From: Oscillibacter sp.
GTDB taxonomy: Bacteria; Bacillota; Clostridia; Oscillospirales; Oscillospiraceae
Assembly: GCA_022652815.1 (NCBI GenBank)
Contig: JALCRR010000002.1
Coordinates: 46,951-110,950, forward strand
Length of the DNA stretch: 64,000 bases
Reading direction: 5' to 3'
Shown: piece by piece, positions 19,797 through 29,012 of the stretch
Layout of the letters: each line of letters starts with the position of its first letter
Numbering within the stretch: position 1 is the stretch's first letter
Made by a program: the position numbers and the translations under genes
The notes under the pieces: generated by a model
The model's input: only the letters and a program-made list of their open reading frames with translations
The model's database searches: none
Told to the model about the DNA's origin: nothing

Positions 19797-19966
19797 ATTT
19801 TTAAAGAATTATCCAGATTTTGGAACAGAATAGAGCTCATAGCGCTTCCGCAACATGAACCCGAGGTTATTTTGACCGATTTTATGGGCTCCATTCCGGT
19901 TTAACGCCGCAATCCATTGCGGCACAGCACTTTCAATTTTCTGTTTTTACCACAGGAGGACAAGCC

Positions 19967-21172
19967 ATGAGACGTGCGCCACTGTTGGCCGTTTTGCTGG
20001 CCGCTTTGCTCCTGTCCGGATGCGCGGACACATCCGTGCCGTCCACTTCCTCCTCCGGCGCCTCTGTCGAGACAGAAATTCAGACCCAGGGGCTTCCCCT
20101 TGCCCCGGTGCCGCTGCCCAAGCGTGTCGAGCGCACTGACGTGCCGGAAAACAACGATGCGGATTTTTCTCTCAGCAAAGTGAATTTACCGGCTCACGCC
20201 ATTGACCCCATGATTTACGGCAGTGTGACGCCCCTCATCTGGTATACCGACGACTCCGGAAAATGGGGCGCCTGCGACTGGGACGGTACGGTGCTGCTGG
20301 ACTGTCGGTATGACGATGCGGCGTTCTTCTGCGAGGACGGCGTGGCCGCCGTCCAGCAGGGTGGTCTGTGGGGTTATGTAAACTTGAGAGGGGAGGATCT
20401 TCTTCCCTGCACGCATCCATCTGTGGCGGCGCTTCACGACGAAATTTTGCTGGCATCAGATGACAGCGGAGCCTTCACGGTCTATGATCTGGACGGAAAC
20501 GCGCTGGGCTCCCTTCCTGCCAACATCGACAGCGACAACGTCTACGGCGGACTGATTCCGTTTTGCGACGAGGCTTCCGGCCTATATGGCTATCTGAATG
20601 CCGATGGCTCCGTGGCCATTCCGGCAACTTACAGCGCTGTGTATCCGTTTGGGAACGGTCTTGCTGCGGCGCAGGATGCTGCCACTGGGAAAAAGGGGTT
20701 TCTCGATGTCTCCGGCCAGTGGGCCATTCCGCCCCGGTACGATGTTGTTTTCCATGGTTATTCCGGCGGCTATGCCACGGTGGGAACCGCATCGGAGGAT
20801 GCCACCAGCCCCACGGGACTGTGCGGGCTGATTGACGCCGTCGGCAACCCGGCATCTGATGCGGATTATCTGGATATTACTCCGTTTGCAGACGGCTGGG
20901 CGGCCTATGAGCGGGATGGGTCCCGGGGCTATCTGAACAAAAACAACGTGGAGCACGACCTTTCCTCCCTGCTGGGAAACAGCGATACGCCATCCACCTT
21001 TAGCGGCGGCTACGCCGTCTATACAACACCGGAGGGTCTTTGCGGATATCTGGACAGCGACCTCAATATTGCCGTTCCGGCCCAGTTCTCCTCCTGCTCC
21101 AAAGTGGTCAGTGGGAAGGCGCTGGTTCAGCGGACGGACGGCACAATTTGTGTGCTGACCCTTAAAAATTGA
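19967..21172 (+). CDS. WG-repeat lipoprotein
   Basis: Lipobox LSGC; about 7 repeats of G(K/L)xG(Y/F)(L/I)(D/N)xxG. Confidence 0.8.
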   Translation: MRRAPLLAVLLAALLLSGCADTSVPSTSSSGASVETEIQTQGLPLAPVPLPKRVERTDVPENNDADFSLSKVNLPAHAIDPMIYGSVTPLIWYTDDSGKWGACDWDGTVLLDCRYDDAAFFCEDGVAAVQQGGLWGYVNLRGEDLLPCTHPSVAALHDEILLASDDSGAFTVYDLDGNALGSLPANIDSDNVYGGLIPFCDEASGLYGYLNADGSVAIPATYSAVYPFGNGLAAAQDAATGKKGFLDVSGQWAIPPRYDVVFHGYSGGYATVGTASEDATSPTGLCGLIDAVGNPASDADYLDITPFADGWAAYERDGSRGYLNKNNVEHDLSSLLGNSDTPSTFSGGYAVYTTPEGLCGYLDSDLNIAVPAQFSSCSKVVSGKALVQRTDGTICVLTLKN

Positions 21173-21219
21173 CAACTATTTGTACTATTTACGCGTGATA
21201 TAACAAGAGGTATTGATTT

Positions 21220-21621
21220 ATGAAGAAAGAAACCGGCTTTTTTGCGGAGTTTCGCAAGTTTATTGCCCGGGGCAACGTAATGGACATGGCGGTGGGCGTC
21301 ATTATTGGCGGAGCTTTTAAGGGGATTGCCGACTCTCTGTCGGCAGATATTCTCATGCCGATTCTCGGCATTTTTACCGGCCGCATTTCCTTCTCCGAGT
21401 TGTCCTTTCAGCTGGGCAGCGCGGTGATTACCTATGGCAACTTCATTCAGTCCATCATCAGTTTTCTCATTATGGCACTGGTGGTCTTTTGCTTTTTGCG
21501 GGCGGTCAACAATCTCCACGCCAAAAAGGAAGCGGCGCCTTCGGCGCCTGCCGCACCCAGCAAGGAAGAACTTCTGCTGACGGAAATCCGCGATCTTCTG
21601 AAAGAGCAGGGCAAGCAATGA
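21220..21621 (+). CDS. mscL: Large-conductance mechanosensitive channel
   Basis: EFRKFIARGNVMDMAVGVIIGGAF; YGNFI; LLTEIRDLL. Confidence 0.97.
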   Translation: MKKETGFFAEFRKFIARGNVMDMAVGVIIGGAFKGIADSLSADILMPILGIFTGRISFSELSFQLGSAVITYGNFIQSIISFLIMALVVFCFLRAVNNLHAKKEAAPSAPAAPSKEELLLTEIRDLLKEQGKQ

Positions 21622-22313
21622 GAGCCATTCTGGAAGCCGGATTTGACGCGCTGCATCTGCCGAAGGATCGCATTCCGGCGCTGGAGCGCTATGCGGAGCT
21701 GCTGCTGGAAACCAACAAGGTGATGAATCTGACCGCCATTACGGAGCCGGCGGATGTCGCGAACCTCCACTTTCTGGACTGCCTCTCCCTTTTGACGCTG
21801 ATGGATTTTTCCGGAAAATCCGTGGCGGATATCGGCACTGGGGCAGGTTTTCCCGGCCTTCCGCTGAAAATTGCGGAGCCGGACATTCAGCTGACGCTGG
21901 TAGACGCTCTGGGCAAGCGCGTCACCTTTTTGCAGAGTGTCTGCGACGAGTTGGGGCTTTCCGACGTTGCGTGCGTCCATGCGCGGGCAGAGGAATTTGC
22001 CGCAACGAAGCGCGAGCAGTTTGACATTGTGACCTCCCGCGCCGTGGCAAATCTTCCGATACTTCTGGAGCTGGGCCTTCCGCTGGTGAAGGTGGGCGGA
22101 ACCTTTGCCGCCATGAAATCCGTGGAGTGCGACGACGAGCTGAAAGCCGCCGCACACGCCATTGAAGTGCTGGGTGGAGCCCCGGCAGAGATTAAAGATT
22201 ACACAATTCCGGGCACGGAAATCACCCATCGGCTGGTGCTGATCCGCAAAGTAAAAAAAAGTTCGGAAAAATATCCCAGAATGTTTGCAAAAATGAAGAA
22301 AAATCCGTTATAA
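21618..22313 (+). CDS. rsmG: 16S rRNA m7G527 methyltransferase
   Basis: NKVMNLTAI; HFLD; DIGTGAGFPG; RAE; SRAVA. ATGA overlap with mscL. Confidence 0.95.
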   Translation: MRAILEAGFDALHLPKDRIPALERYAELLLETNKVMNLTAITEPADVANLHFLDCLSLLTLMDFSGKSVADIGTGAGFPGLPLKIAEPDIQLTLVDALGKRVTFLQSVCDELGLSDVACVHARAEEFAATKREQFDIVTSRAVANLPILLELGLPLVKVGGTFAAMKSVECDDELKAAAHAIEVLGGAPAEIKDYTIPGTEITHRLVLIRKVKKSSEKYPRMFAKMKKNPL

Positions 22314-22354
22314 TAGGACTTATTGAAAACCCTGCTCGGAAGGAGGCGCAGAAG

Positions 22355-23110
22355 TTGGAAGATCGGCATGGAGAATGTATCGCCATCGTCTCCGGCAAGG
22401 GCGGTACCGGCAAGACCTCGTTTACCGCCGGCGTCGGCTCTGCGCTTGCAAGGTTGGGCAGGAAAACGCTCTGTCTGGACTGCGACGTGGGGCTTCGAAA
22501 TCTGGATTTGGCGCTGGGGCTTTCGGACCGGGCGCTGATGGATTTTTCCGATGTGGCTCAGGGCCGCTGTTCCCTCTCCGACGCGGTGGTGGAACACCCC
22601 CGCATTAAGGATCTGTTCCTGCTCACCGCTCCGGCCCGTATTCGGGGACGAAACGTGACCGCCGCCGAGATGCGCGCCCTTTTAAAAGAGATACGCGGAC
22701 GATTTGACTTCTGCCTGCTGGATGCACCGGCTGGCCTTGGCTCCGGCTTTTTGTTGGCCACCTGCGACGCTGACCGCTGCGTGGTTGTCACCACGTCGGA
22801 GGCATCCTCCCTGCGGGACGCGCAGCACACCGTCATGGAGCTTGGAAATTTCCCCCGCGGATCTCTCCATCTGGTGGTCAATCGGGTGCGGGGCAAGTTG
22901 CTCCGGCACATGCACGCCACCATTGACGACGCCATCGACTCGGCGGGGCTTCCCCTGCTGGGTGTGATTCCGGAGGACGATCAGCTGCCGCTAGCGCTGA
23001 ACCGAGGCGTTCCTCTTTTGCTCAATCCCTCCGGCCTTGCCGCAACTGCCTATCAAAATGTCGCAAATCGCATTCTGGGGAAACGTGTTCCCCTAATGCG
23101 GATTAAATAG
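22355..23110 (+). CDS. minD: Septum site-determining ATPase MinD (short, no C-terminal membrane helix)
   Basis: SGKGGTGKTS; D.DVGLRNLD; LDAPAG; LRDA; next to mgsA. TTG start with GGAGG 8 nt upstream. Confidence 0.8.
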   Translation: MEDRHGECIAIVSGKGGTGKTSFTAGVGSALARLGRKTLCLDCDVGLRNLDLALGLSDRALMDFSDVAQGRCSLSDAVVEHPRIKDLFLLTAPARIRGRNVTAAEMRALLKEIRGRFDFCLLDAPAGLGSGFLLATCDADRCVVVTTSEASSLRDAQHTVMELGNFPRGSLHLVVNRVRGKLLRHMHATIDDAIDSAGLPLLGVIPEDDQLPLALNRGVPLLLNPSGLAATAYQNVANRILGKRVPLMRIK

Positions 23111-23124
23111 AAAGGAGCTTCCCC

Positions 23125-23538
23125 ATGAATATTGCTCTGATGTCGCATGACAACAAAAAGGACCTGATGGTCCAGTTCTGCACGGCTTACGCCGGCATTT
23201 TCTCCCAGCACGAAATTTATGCAACCAATACCACCGGCCATATGGTCTCCGAGGCCACCGGACTGAATGTCCACTGCTTCCTCTCCTATGCCCACGGTGG
23301 TTCCCAGCAGATCGGCGCCCGTATCGCCTACAACGAGTTTGACCTGGTGCTGTTTTTCTCCGACCCCAACAGCGAGACCATGGCGCAGGACATCACCTAC
23401 ATTTCCCGGTTGTGCGATCAGAATAACATTCCTTTCGCCAGCAACATTGCCACCGCCGAAATGCTGATTCTGGGTCTGGCCCGCGGTGACCTGGACTGGC
23501 GTCTGGTGGTCAACCCCCGCAGCAAGCCCATCGCCTGA
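23125..23538 (+). CDS. mgsA: Methylglyoxal synthase
   Basis: MNIALMSHDNKK; ATNTTG; GG.QQIGA; RLCD..NIP.ASN.ATAE. Confidence 0.9.
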   Translation: MNIALMSHDNKKDLMVQFCTAYAGIFSQHEIYATNTTGHMVSEATGLNVHCFLSYAHGGSQQIGARIAYNEFDLVLFFSDPNSETMAQDITYISRLCDQNNIPFASNIATAEMLILGLARGDLDWRLVVNPRSKPIA

Positions 23539-23598
23539 AATGGCGCGCCGCGCTTGACTTTCCCCGCAAATTGTGTATAACTGATAAGATACAGGTAA

Positions 23599-23836
23599 CC
23601 GCTGTGAATCCGCAGCAGTACCCCGATTTCCCCGCACAGAGAGGGACGCATTGCTGAGAGCGTCTCCGGACAGAAATTGGGCGAAGGACAGTGGATGAGC
23701 GGGGGCGGAAACGCCCACGGCACCCTCCCCGTAACAGGAGACTCAAAGGAGAGGAACGCTTCCTCTTGAATTTGGGTGGCACCACGAAAGCAGTTTGCTC
23801 TCGTCCCAAACCATGGGGACGAGAGCATTCTTTTTT
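23599..23836 (+). promoter_or_regulatory. T-box riboswitch, Asp specifier
   Basis: Stem I with AGTA, AGAGA and GCTGAG motifs; specifier loop GAA-G-GAC-A (GAC at 23687-23689); T-box AATTTGGGTGGCACCACG at 23769-23786; terminator 23796-23836. Confidence 0.9.
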
Positions 23837-23904
23837 GCCCTTCCCCGGCCTTTTCCCCTCTCCCAAGGGAGATGGATATTCCAATGATAAAAGGAGAACC
23901 AACT

Positions 23905-25260
23905 ATGGCTAAAATGACCCCCCGGACACTTTCCGGCTTTATGGAGCTTCTGCCCGCACCCCAGCAGCAGATGGAGCGCATTATGGAGGTTCTGCGTGAA
24001 ACCTACTCCCTATATGGCTTTACGCCGCTGGATACCCCGGTGATTGAAGCTTCCGACGTGCTGCTGGCCAAGGCCGGCGGCGAGACGGAAAAGCAGATTT
24101 ATCGCTTCACCAAGGGAGATTCCGACCTTTCCCTGCGCTTTGATCTGACGGTGCCGCTGGCAAAGTACGTTGCCCTGCACTACAACGAGCTGTCCTTCCC
24201 CTTCCGCCGCTATCAGATCGGCAAGGTCTACCGCGGCGAGCGCGCCCAGCGGGGACGCTTCCGGGAGTTTTATCAAGCCGACATCGACATCATCGGTGAC
24301 GGCAAGCTCTCCATCGTGAACGAGGCGGAGATTCCTGCCATCATCTACAAGACCTTTTCCACGCTGGGGCTGAAGCGGTTCCAGATTCGGGTCAACAACC
24401 GGAAGATTCTCAACGGCTTTTATGCCATGCTGGGTCTGACCGAAAAGGCCGGCGATGTGATGCGCACCGTGGACAAGCTGGACAAGATCGGCCCGGACAA
24501 GGTGAAAACCATTCTGGTGGAGGACTTCGCCGTGGCGGAGGATGACGCCGACCAGATTCTCAAGTTCATCGCCATCACCGGCGGGAACGAAACCGTCCTT
24601 AAAGCCCTTGAGGGCTATCGCGGCAAGAACGAGATGTTTGACGAAGGTCTCAGTGAGCTGAACACCGTGGTCAAATATTTGAGCGCCTTCGGTGTACCCG
24701 CCGAGAATTTTGCCGTGGATCTGACCATTGCCCGGGGCCTCGATTATTACACCGGCACGGTTTACGAAACGACGCTTCTCGACCACCCGGAGATTGGCTC
24801 CGTCTGCTCCGGCGGACGATACGACAACCTGGCCGAGTACTATACCGACAAGCCCCTGCCCGGCGCCGGCATTTCCATCGGACTGACCCGCCTTTTCTAT
24901 GTACTGGGTGAACAGGGCATGCTCAATCCGGACCTGCCCACCGCACCGGCGGACGTTTTGATTCTGCCCATGACCGACGATCTCTCCGCCGCCATCGAGT
25001 TGGCAACCAGACTGCGGGAAAACGGCATCCGCACCCAGCTCCACTGCGAGGAAAAGAAATTTAAGGCCAAAATTTCCTACGCCGACAAGCTGAAGATCCC
25101 CTATGTCATTTTCCTGGGTGAGGACGAGATCAATGCCGGCATCGTTGCCTGCAAGGACATGACCACCGGCGAACAGACCAAGCTGGAGCCCGCCGCCACG
25201 GTGTACCGCATCAAGGCGGGACTTGCCGAGCGAGCCAAAGGCAGCGTGATTCTGGGATAA
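23905..25260 (+). CDS. hisS: Histidine--tRNA ligase
   Basis: SGFMELLP; LRFDLTVP; VYRGERAQRGRFREFYQ.D.D; RGLDYYTG; GGRYD. Confidence 0.97.
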   Translation: MAKMTPRTLSGFMELLPAPQQQMERIMEVLRETYSLYGFTPLDTPVIEASDVLLAKAGGETEKQIYRFTKGDSDLSLRFDLTVPLAKYVALHYNELSFPFRRYQIGKVYRGERAQRGRFREFYQADIDIIGDGKLSIVNEAEIPAIIYKTFSTLGLKRFQIRVNNRKILNGFYAMLGLTEKAGDVMRTVDKLDKIGPDKVKTILVEDFAVAEDDADQILKFIAITGGNETVLKALEGYRGKNEMFDEGLSELNTVVKYLSAFGVPAENFAVDLTIARGLDYYTGTVYETTLLDHPEIGSVCSGGRYDNLAEYYTDKPLPGAGISIGLTRLFYVLGEQGMLNPDLPTAPADVLILPMTDDLSAAIELATRLRENGIRTQLHCEEKKFKAKISYADKLKIPYVIFLGEDEINAGIVACKDMTTGEQTKLEPAATVYRIKAGLAERAKGSVILG

Positions 25261-25323
25261 CACTTTGTTTTAACATGAAATCCACGTCGTTCTTTGGAGA
25301 GAGCACGTGAAAGGAGAGTTTCC

Positions 25324-27072
25324 ATGAAACAGAAGGCTCGCCTCGTCTCCCTGTTTCTGGCGCTGGCCATGCTTTTTTCCGTCGTGCCCACCATTGCCTA
25401 CACCCCGGGCAGTCTGCTGCCGCAGGTAAAGACCTATCGCACGGCGTTTGCCGACACAAAGGGCATCTGGTGCGACGCCAACGTCCAGACCGTATATGAA
25501 GTCGGCCTGATGGACGGAAAATCCGCAGTCAAATTTGACCCGAAGGGCTCCTTGACCTGCGCCCAGATTATCGTGATTACTGCCCGGCTCCACGAACTTT
25601 TAAACGGCGGCGACGGCAAGTTTGCCGCTCCGGGAGCCAGAGAGGAATGGTATCAGCCCTATCTGGATTATCTTGAGAAGCTGTCCTATCAAAACGACGA
25701 TTTGGAAGATGTCCTGTGGTATGTTGCAGATGAGCCGTATACGCCCTGCGACCGCTACGACTTTGTGTGGCTACTGTCGGCCGTCCTGCCGGACAGTGCG
25801 CTGAAGGCCATCAACTCCATTTCCGTCCTGCCGGACATCTACGGCGATGAGGATGTGCTGGCCTTCTACAACGCCGGCATCTTGACGGGTTCCGATGCGT
25901 ATGGAACATTCAACGGCACGACCAATCTAAACCGCGGACAGGCCGCCGCCATGCTGGCGCGCATTGTGGATGCCTCCCAGCGCGTCAAATTTATCCCCAA
26001 GGCCTTCTCCTTCGCCAAGGAACTTCTGGGTTTGGACCCGCAGACCACCGTGCTGACCATTGACGGCTACGCTGTCACGGCGGAGCTGTACGCCTATTGC
26101 CTGTGCACGGAGATTTTCTCCTACGAGGCTTCCAGCCAGTACGATTACTACGATACCTACGCCCAGTACTGGGATCAATACTACGACGACGCCTACGCAG
26201 ATTACGACAGCTTTGCCGACTATTTATTGCAGGTCTACGGCATTGACGTGGCCAAAGAATGCGCCGTGCAGTGGAACGTGGCCGACAAGGGTGGATTGAC
26301 TCCGGCGGAAAAAGTGGCGTCTGACGTGCTGGACAACCTCAAGCAGATTGCAGAGGTGTTTGTCCATCAAAGCGATTATCCCCTAACCGCCGCCCAAAAG
26401 TCCGAAGTTGCCTCGGGACTTGAAAATATGCGTTCCCTCTGCTTCGGATACTCCGATACTTTTGCGTCCATGCTTTTGCAGGCCTCTGCCCTAACGGACA
26501 ATATGTCCGCCAAATACGCTCCCGCCAAAAGCGAGCTGAACAATTACCTGGCCCAGTACGGCTATTTCTATGGCCAGTATCTTACCGTCAGCTACGACAT
26601 CGGCACGGAGGAGTATTACGGCGTCACCAAGCAGGAGGCTCTTCAGCAGATCAACAAAATCCGCTCTATGGCCGTCTCCCATACAAGCGAGCCGGATTAC
26701 TTTGAATATCTGGGCTGGAAGTATGGCGCAAGCTCCAGCAGTCTTGGGCCCACACTGGTTTCCGTTGATGGTTTCTCCGGCTCCGACCAGGCCACGCTGA
26801 AAAATCTTGCCGTGGGGTCACTCAGCCAAACAATCAATATGGAGGACCCCGCCTCCGGCATTGGTGAATATTCCATTTTTCTGAAAGCGGACCCTTCCCA
26901 GGACGAGGACACCATGTCTTTTATCGGGTCCATTCCCGCGCTCATTCAAGTGGATTCCTGGGCGCAAGACGCCAAGGTCGTGACGACCAAGGCCTATGAC
27001 GGTTTTTCTGTGGCCGCTCTGGCAAAAAAATATGACTGGTTGGCGGCCGCGGGATTGGCCGGAATTAACTAA
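25324..27072 (+). CDS. Secreted SLH-domain protein with C-terminal PrsA/parvulin-like region
   Basis: Signal peptide; three SLH-like repeats (GLMDG..FDP..LTCAQ; GILTG....F.....LNRGQAAAML); C-terminal pattern resembling degenerate PpiC. Confidence 0.7.
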   Translation: MKQKARLVSLFLALAMLFSVVPTIAYTPGSLLPQVKTYRTAFADTKGIWCDANVQTVYEVGLMDGKSAVKFDPKGSLTCAQIIVITARLHELLNGGDGKFAAPGAREEWYQPYLDYLEKLSYQNDDLEDVLWYVADEPYTPCDRYDFVWLLSAVLPDSALKAINSISVLPDIYGDEDVLAFYNAGILTGSDAYGTFNGTTNLNRGQAAAMLARIVDASQRVKFIPKAFSFAKELLGLDPQTTVLTIDGYAVTAELYAYCLCTEIFSYEASSQYDYYDTYAQYWDQYYDDAYADYDSFADYLLQVYGIDVAKECAVQWNVADKGGLTPAEKVASDVLDNLKQIAEVFVHQSDYPLTAAQKSEVASGLENMRSLCFGYSDTFASMLLQASALTDNMSAKYAPAKSELNNYLAQYGYFYGQYLTVSYDIGTEEYYGVTKQEALQQINKIRSMAVSHTSEPDYFEYLGWKYGASSSSLGPTLVSVDGFSGSDQATLKNLAVGSLSQTINMEDPASGIGEYSIFLKADPSQDEDTMSFIGSIPALIQVDSWAQDAKVVTTKAYDGFSVAALAKKYDWLAAAGLAGIN

Positions 27073-27130
27073 ACAATTCGTATTTTATTGATTATAAATT
27101 TCAAATAGTATTGAAATAAGGAGCGATTTT

Positions 27131-28909
27131 ATGATGCAGTCAAGAACCCATACCTGCGGCGAGCTGCGCCTCGGCGATGCCGGTAAATCCGTGAAGATTG
27201 TCGGCTGGCTGGAAAACATCCGCGAGGTCGGCAGTGAGCTGGCCTTTGTCATCCTGCGGGACTTCTACGGCACCACCCAGGTGGTGGCGGAAACGCCGGA
27301 GATGGTGGCACAGTTCAAAGCCATCAACAAGGAATCCACGATCTCGGTGGAGGGCACAGTCCGCGAGCGCGCCAGCAAGAATTCCAAGCTGGCCACCGGC
27401 GACATTGAAGTGCTGCCCACCAAGGTGGAAGTGCTGGGCCGCTGCCGCCACAACGAGCTGCCCTTCCAGATCAACCGAAGCCGGGACGCCGACGAGGCAC
27501 AGCGCCTAAAGTACCGCTATCTGGATCTGCGCAATCCGGAGGTCAAGAAAAACATCATTCTGCGGTGCAACGTGGTTGCCGCTCTACGCGCGTCCATGAC
27601 CGAGCACGGCTTTCTGGAGATTACCACGCCCATTCTGACCGCCTCCTCCCCCGAGGGCGCCCGCGACTATCTGGTGCCCGCTCGGAACCATCCCGGCAAG
27701 TTTTATGCGCTGCCCCAGGCTCCCCAGCAGTTCAAGCAGCTGCTGATGACCTCCGGCTTTGACCGCTATTTCCAGATCGCCCCCTGCTTCCGCGATGAGG
27801 ATGCCCGCGCCGACCGCTCCCCCGGCGAGTTCTACCAGCTGGATATGGAGATGGCCTTTGCCTCCCAGGAGGACGTGTTCGCGGTTCTGGAGGATGTGCT
27901 GCCCCCGATCTTTGCCAAGTTCGGCACATACAGCCGCGCCTCCGGCGCACCGTTCCAGCGCATCGCCTACAACGACGCCATGGAGAGCTTCGGCTCCGAC
28001 AAGCCCGACCTGCGCATCGATCTGCGGGTGCAGGACGCCACTGCCGCTTTGGCGGACTGTGGCTTTGAGCCGTTTGCCGGCAACACCGTGAAGGCCGTTG
28101 TCGTCCACGACTTTAAGGAGACCCGTAAATTTATCGACAAGACCCTCGCCGATGTGGAAACCCAGAGCGGCAATAAGGCCTACTGGTTCCGCATTGACGA
28201 AAACGGCGAGGTGGTCGGCGGTATCGGCAAGTTTGTCGCCCCCCACAAGGACGCCGTTATCGCTGCCCTCGGGCTGAAATCCGGCGATTTCGTCGCCGTC
28301 TCCGCCGGTGCTAAGACCGCTGCCCAAAAGACCGCCGGTGTGCTGGTCAAGACGCTGGGCGCCGTGGTGCCCGGCCACATGGACAAGGAGCAGTACGCAT
28401 TCTGCTGGATTGTGGACTTCCCCATGTACGAAATCGGCGACGAGTCCGGTGAACTGGAGTTCTGCCACAACCCGTTCTCCATGCCCGCAGGCGGCCTCGA
28501 GACCCTCTTGAAGGCTGAAAAGGGCGAGATCGATCCGCTGACCATCACCGCCGATCAGTACGATCTGGTCTGCAACGGCGTGGAGCTTTCTTCCGGCGCC
28601 GTCCGGAACCACGACCCCGAGATTATGATCAAGGCCTTTGAGCTGGTGCGTCTGGGCGAGGACGACGTGAAAGCCAAGTTCCCCGCCATGTACAACGCGT
28701 TCACTTACGGAGCACCCCCTCATGCCGGCATTGCCCCTGGCGTGGACCGCATGGTCATGCTGCTGGCCGGCGAGGATTCCATCCGCGAGATTATCCCCTT
28801 CCCCATGAACAAGAACGCGCAGGACGTCATGATGAGCGCACCCAGCGAGGTCACACAAAAGCAGCTCGACGAGCTGCACATCGCCGTCACCAAGCACGAG
28901 GGCGAATAA
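27131..28909 (+). CDS. aspS: Aspartate--tRNA ligase
   Basis: RTHTCGEL; RLKYRYLDLR; PEGARDYLVP; PQQFKQLLM; HNPFS; APPHAG.A.G.DR. Confidence 0.97.
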   Translation: MMQSRTHTCGELRLGDAGKSVKIVGWLENIREVGSELAFVILRDFYGTTQVVAETPEMVAQFKAINKESTISVEGTVRERASKNSKLATGDIEVLPTKVEVLGRCRHNELPFQINRSRDADEAQRLKYRYLDLRNPEVKKNIILRCNVVAALRASMTEHGFLEITTPILTASSPEGARDYLVPARNHPGKFYALPQAPQQFKQLLMTSGFDRYFQIAPCFRDEDARADRSPGEFYQLDMEMAFASQEDVFAVLEDVLPPIFAKFGTYSRASGAPFQRIAYNDAMESFGSDKPDLRIDLRVQDATAALADCGFEPFAGNTVKAVVVHDFKETRKFIDKTLADVETQSGNKAYWFRIDENGEVVGGIGKFVAPHKDAVIAALGLKSGDFVAVSAGAKTAAQKTAGVLVKTLGAVVPGHMDKEQYAFCWIVDFPMYEIGDESGELEFCHNPFSMPAGGLETLLKAEKGEIDPLTITADQYDLVCNGVELSSGAVRNHDPEIMIKAFELVRLGEDDVKAKFPAMYNAFTYGAPPHAGIAPGVDRMVMLLAGEDSIREIIPFPMNKNAQDVMMSAPSEVTQKQLDELHIAVTKHEGE

Positions 28910-28924
28910 GAGGTTTGATTGTCA

Positions 28925-28958
28925 AAAGGGCGCGAAGGAGACTTCGCGCCCTTTCTTT
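28925..28958 (+). terminator. Intrinsic terminator
   Basis: AAAGGGCGCGAAG-GAGA-CTTCGCGCCCTTT. Confidence 0.8.
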
Positions 28959-29012
28959 CCACCCCAAAGTGTGGTAGAGTAAGGAAAATGGGTTTTTATG
29001 CGGAGGTGTACC

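Noticed and set aside
22355-22400. Frameshifted minD start (CATGGAGAA read as a damaged ATG GGA GAA)
   Set aside because: An in-frame TTG with GGAGG 8 nt upstream gives a normal start.
23776-23904. N-terminal extension of HisS in the ORF track (similarly 37068-37244 for GlyQS)
   Set aside because: The extensions run through the T-box terminators, and downstream ATGs have proper RBSs.
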